From positions 186,001 through 250,000 of the IMG/VR virus record IMGVR_UViG_3300022744_000020: a stretch of DNA of 64,000 bases. The stretch is one strand, 5' to 3'. A program made the position numbers and the translations under genes. Shown piece by piece: positions 62,456 through 64,000 of the stretch. Within the stretch, counting starts at the first letter, position 1, and the number at the start of each line of letters is the position of its first letter. Under the pieces are notes generated by a model. It did no database searches. It was not told where the DNA came from and worked only from the letters and a program-made list of their open reading frames with translations.

Positions 62456-63055
62456 ATGCCCCAAACCCAGGTAAGGCTAGGCTGTTTATTTTTTGTCAAA
62501 TCCCCAAATGTCGAGGAAATCATCGTGCAAATCACCCACGTATCTGGCGAAGTCGTCTCCCAATCTGAATCTTATCAGGACTGGGAAGAGGGTCTTCATT
62601 TTGATGTGACCACTTTAGAGACCCGAATTCTCAGAGATAATTACGCGCTGGAGGGTGTTGTATTTGTGCGTAACCGATCCTCTAAAAAACTACTCTTGAG
62701 AAAGACTGATCAGCTCCGAGCTTACAGTTGTTTCTTCCCGAAGATTCCTGATCCGTTTCACTCCAGCATTGCTGAGCATCTGTGCCGTCAAGTCTCCTGG
62801 GTCACAGGGGTACGCGTCACCGAAGCCGAGAAGAACGTCTATTTCCAAAAGCTTAGCCTGGGTCGAGCTTTTGGTTTTGTTGACCCGAAACAAAGAACAG
62901 CTCGAATCATCACCTGTTTGGATGTCACGTGCGATGACCTGATCTCATCTGGTTGGTCCTGGTACGAAGACACTTCATCGGTGAGGAGAAGCGGTGAGTT
63001 CATGCGCGAATGCCTGTCGGATGAATCCGTCCGGGCATTGAACTTCAGCCAGTGA
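62456..63055 (+). CDS. Hypothetical protein, possible single copy of the 45730 repeat domain
   Basis: SIAEHLCRQV ... FRAF-like RAFGF ... CLDVTCDDL. Confidence 0.7.
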   Translation: MPQTQVRLGCLFFVKSPNVEEIIVQITHVSGEVVSQSESYQDWEEGLHFDVTTLETRILRDNYALEGVVFVRNRSSKKLLLRKTDQLRAYSCFFPKIPDPFHSSIAEHLCRQVSWVTGVRVTEAEKNVYFQKLSLGRAFGFVDPKQRTARIITCLDVTCDDLISSGWSWYEDTSSVRRSGEFMRECLSDESVRALNFSQ

Positions 63056-63073
63056 CCATTGAAGAGAAACAAA

Positions 63074-63643
63074 ATGAAAGCCCCTGTCCCCTACATGAAG
63101 GCCATCTGGGCCGAGTCTGCCAACGGCATCATCGGAAATCAAGGAGCTCTTCCATGGAAGTCCAGTGAGGACATGAAGATTTTCAAAGAGAAGACGGCCG
63201 GCAGTACCGTCATCATGGGTCGAAAGACCTGGGATTCTCTGCCGATCCAGCCGCTCCCTGGTCGTGAAAACATCATCGTCACGAGGGACTTCTTCAACGT
63301 GAACCCCCCAGACGTTCATGGTTTTTCCACTAACCAACTCGATCGGGCTTTCTTTGATGATTACCCCAAGGGAATTCATCAAAGCCTCATGGCGCGGACG
63401 ATTGAGAATCGTCGACCGATCTGGGTCATTGGTGGATCTCAGATCTTCAAAGAGTTCTGGCCTTACATCGCCGAGCTTCACATCACCATCTTCCCGGATC
63501 TGATCGTGAATGGAGACACGTCCTCCCCTCTGCTGGATCGGTCGGACGAACTTCCGATGCATTGGGAAATGAAGGAGAGCGAGTGCCGGTTCATCAAGAC
63601 TGATCGAGAGAGCCTGGATCACCTCGTCTTCGTGCGTAAGTGA
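63074..63643 (+). CDS. folA: Dihydrofolate reductase
   Basis: AIWAESANGIIG, LPWKSSED, VIMGRKTW, PLPGRENIIVTR, WVIGGSQIF. Confidence 0.96.
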   Translation: MKAPVPYMKAIWAESANGIIGNQGALPWKSSEDMKIFKEKTAGSTVIMGRKTWDSLPIQPLPGRENIIVTRDFFNVNPPDVHGFSTNQLDRAFFDDYPKGIHQSLMARTIENRRPIWVIGGSQIFKEFWPYIAELHITIFPDLIVNGDTSSPLLDRSDELPMHWEMKESECRFIKTDRESLDHLVFVRK

Positions 63644-63660
63644 TTTGGTATTTTTTACAA

Positions 63661-63690
63661 ACATACATCATCGGTTAGGTAAAACTAACC
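63661..63690 (+). promoter_or_regulatory. Promoter-like motif plus 5' hairpin
   Basis: ACATACATCATC, then GGTTAG-GTAAAA-CTAACC. Confidence 0.55.
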
Positions 63691-63703
63691 GGTGGTGTGC
63701 ATT

Positions 63704-64000
63704 ATGACGTTTCTCCAAGAACAGATTGCTCGAGTCGAATACCTTCGTGCAAAAATCGCAGCAATGGATCGCGACTACCACGAACAGGGACTTCCCCGCG
63801 TTAGCGACGATGTCTATAATCAGGCTTATTCGGAGCTAGTGAAGCTTGAAGAATTGACGGGATTGGATTCCAGCCGTTCCCCGACCCAGGTGGCTACTTG
63901 GAAGCCAAAGAAGACCTTCGAGAAATACACTCACCAGCGCCCTATGCTTTCCATCAAGACGCTGACGGACTCCAGTAAAGAGGCCGCGGTACAGTTTGTA
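63704..64000 (+). CDS. ligA: NAD-dependent DNA ligase, N-terminal fragment (runs off the window)
   Basis: Hand translation MTFLQEQIARVEYLRAKIAAMDRDYHEQGLPRVSDDVYNQ...LE...SPTQV...FEKYTHQRPMLSI. Confidence 0.88.
   Translation, partial: MTFLQEQIARVEYLRAKIAAMDRDYHEQGLPRVSDDVYNQAYSELVKLEELTGLDSSRSPTQVATWKPKKTFEKYTHQRPMLSIKTLTDSSKEAAVQFV

Noticed and set aside
1-64000. Stop-codon reassignment (alternative genetic code) as seen in some large phages
   Set aside because: Known enzymes are full length in code 11, TAA, TGA and TAG all end genes, and coding density is high
1-64000. Canonical tRNA, tmRNA or rRNA genes, integrase, transposase, RT or Cas genes
   Set aside because: None recognised by eye. 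Only the atypical element at 53709 has T-loop, anticodon arm and CCA together

Overview
A 64-kb segment of a large lytic dsDNA phage genome, most likely a phiKZ-related jumbo myophage of a Gram-negative host. This is inferred from gene content, a repeated TATATTAC-like intergenic promoter motif and a head-type protein with a G-x-E processing motif; no hallmark phiKZ gene such as an RNAP subunit, chimallin or capsid is in the window. Recognisable genes are thyA, nrdA, nrdB, folA, a 5' fragment of NAD-dependent ligA, a SNF2-type helicase carrying an Ala-initiated class 3 intein, Nudix, macrodomain, NADAR-like, ART-like, GNAT and Cys-phosphatase enzymes, three SLT transglycosylases, an NlpC/P60-type amidase, two tail-fibre-like genes and a beta-helix lipoprotein. 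About 70 further ORFs are hypothetical. Nearly all genes are on the + strand, and the few - strand genes are envelope or virion related and face long bidirectional hairpins. The most notable non-coding observations are (1) a ~530-nt densely base-paired intergenic region with four GNRA tetraloops and its own terminator (59941-60468), a candidate large ornate ncRNA; (2) a rearranged tRNA-like RNA (8/4 acceptor/T helix, Arg-UCU anticodon arm, no D arm, encoded CCA) directly upstream of a gene with an alanyl-tRNA-synthetase-like motif and downstream of a second ~310-nt structured region; (3) a covarying UCCY-GAGAAA-RGGA hairpin covering five ribosome-binding sites; and (4) five long hairpins that share only a CAAAA loop. 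All assignments were made by eye from motifs, with no database searches or folding calculations.
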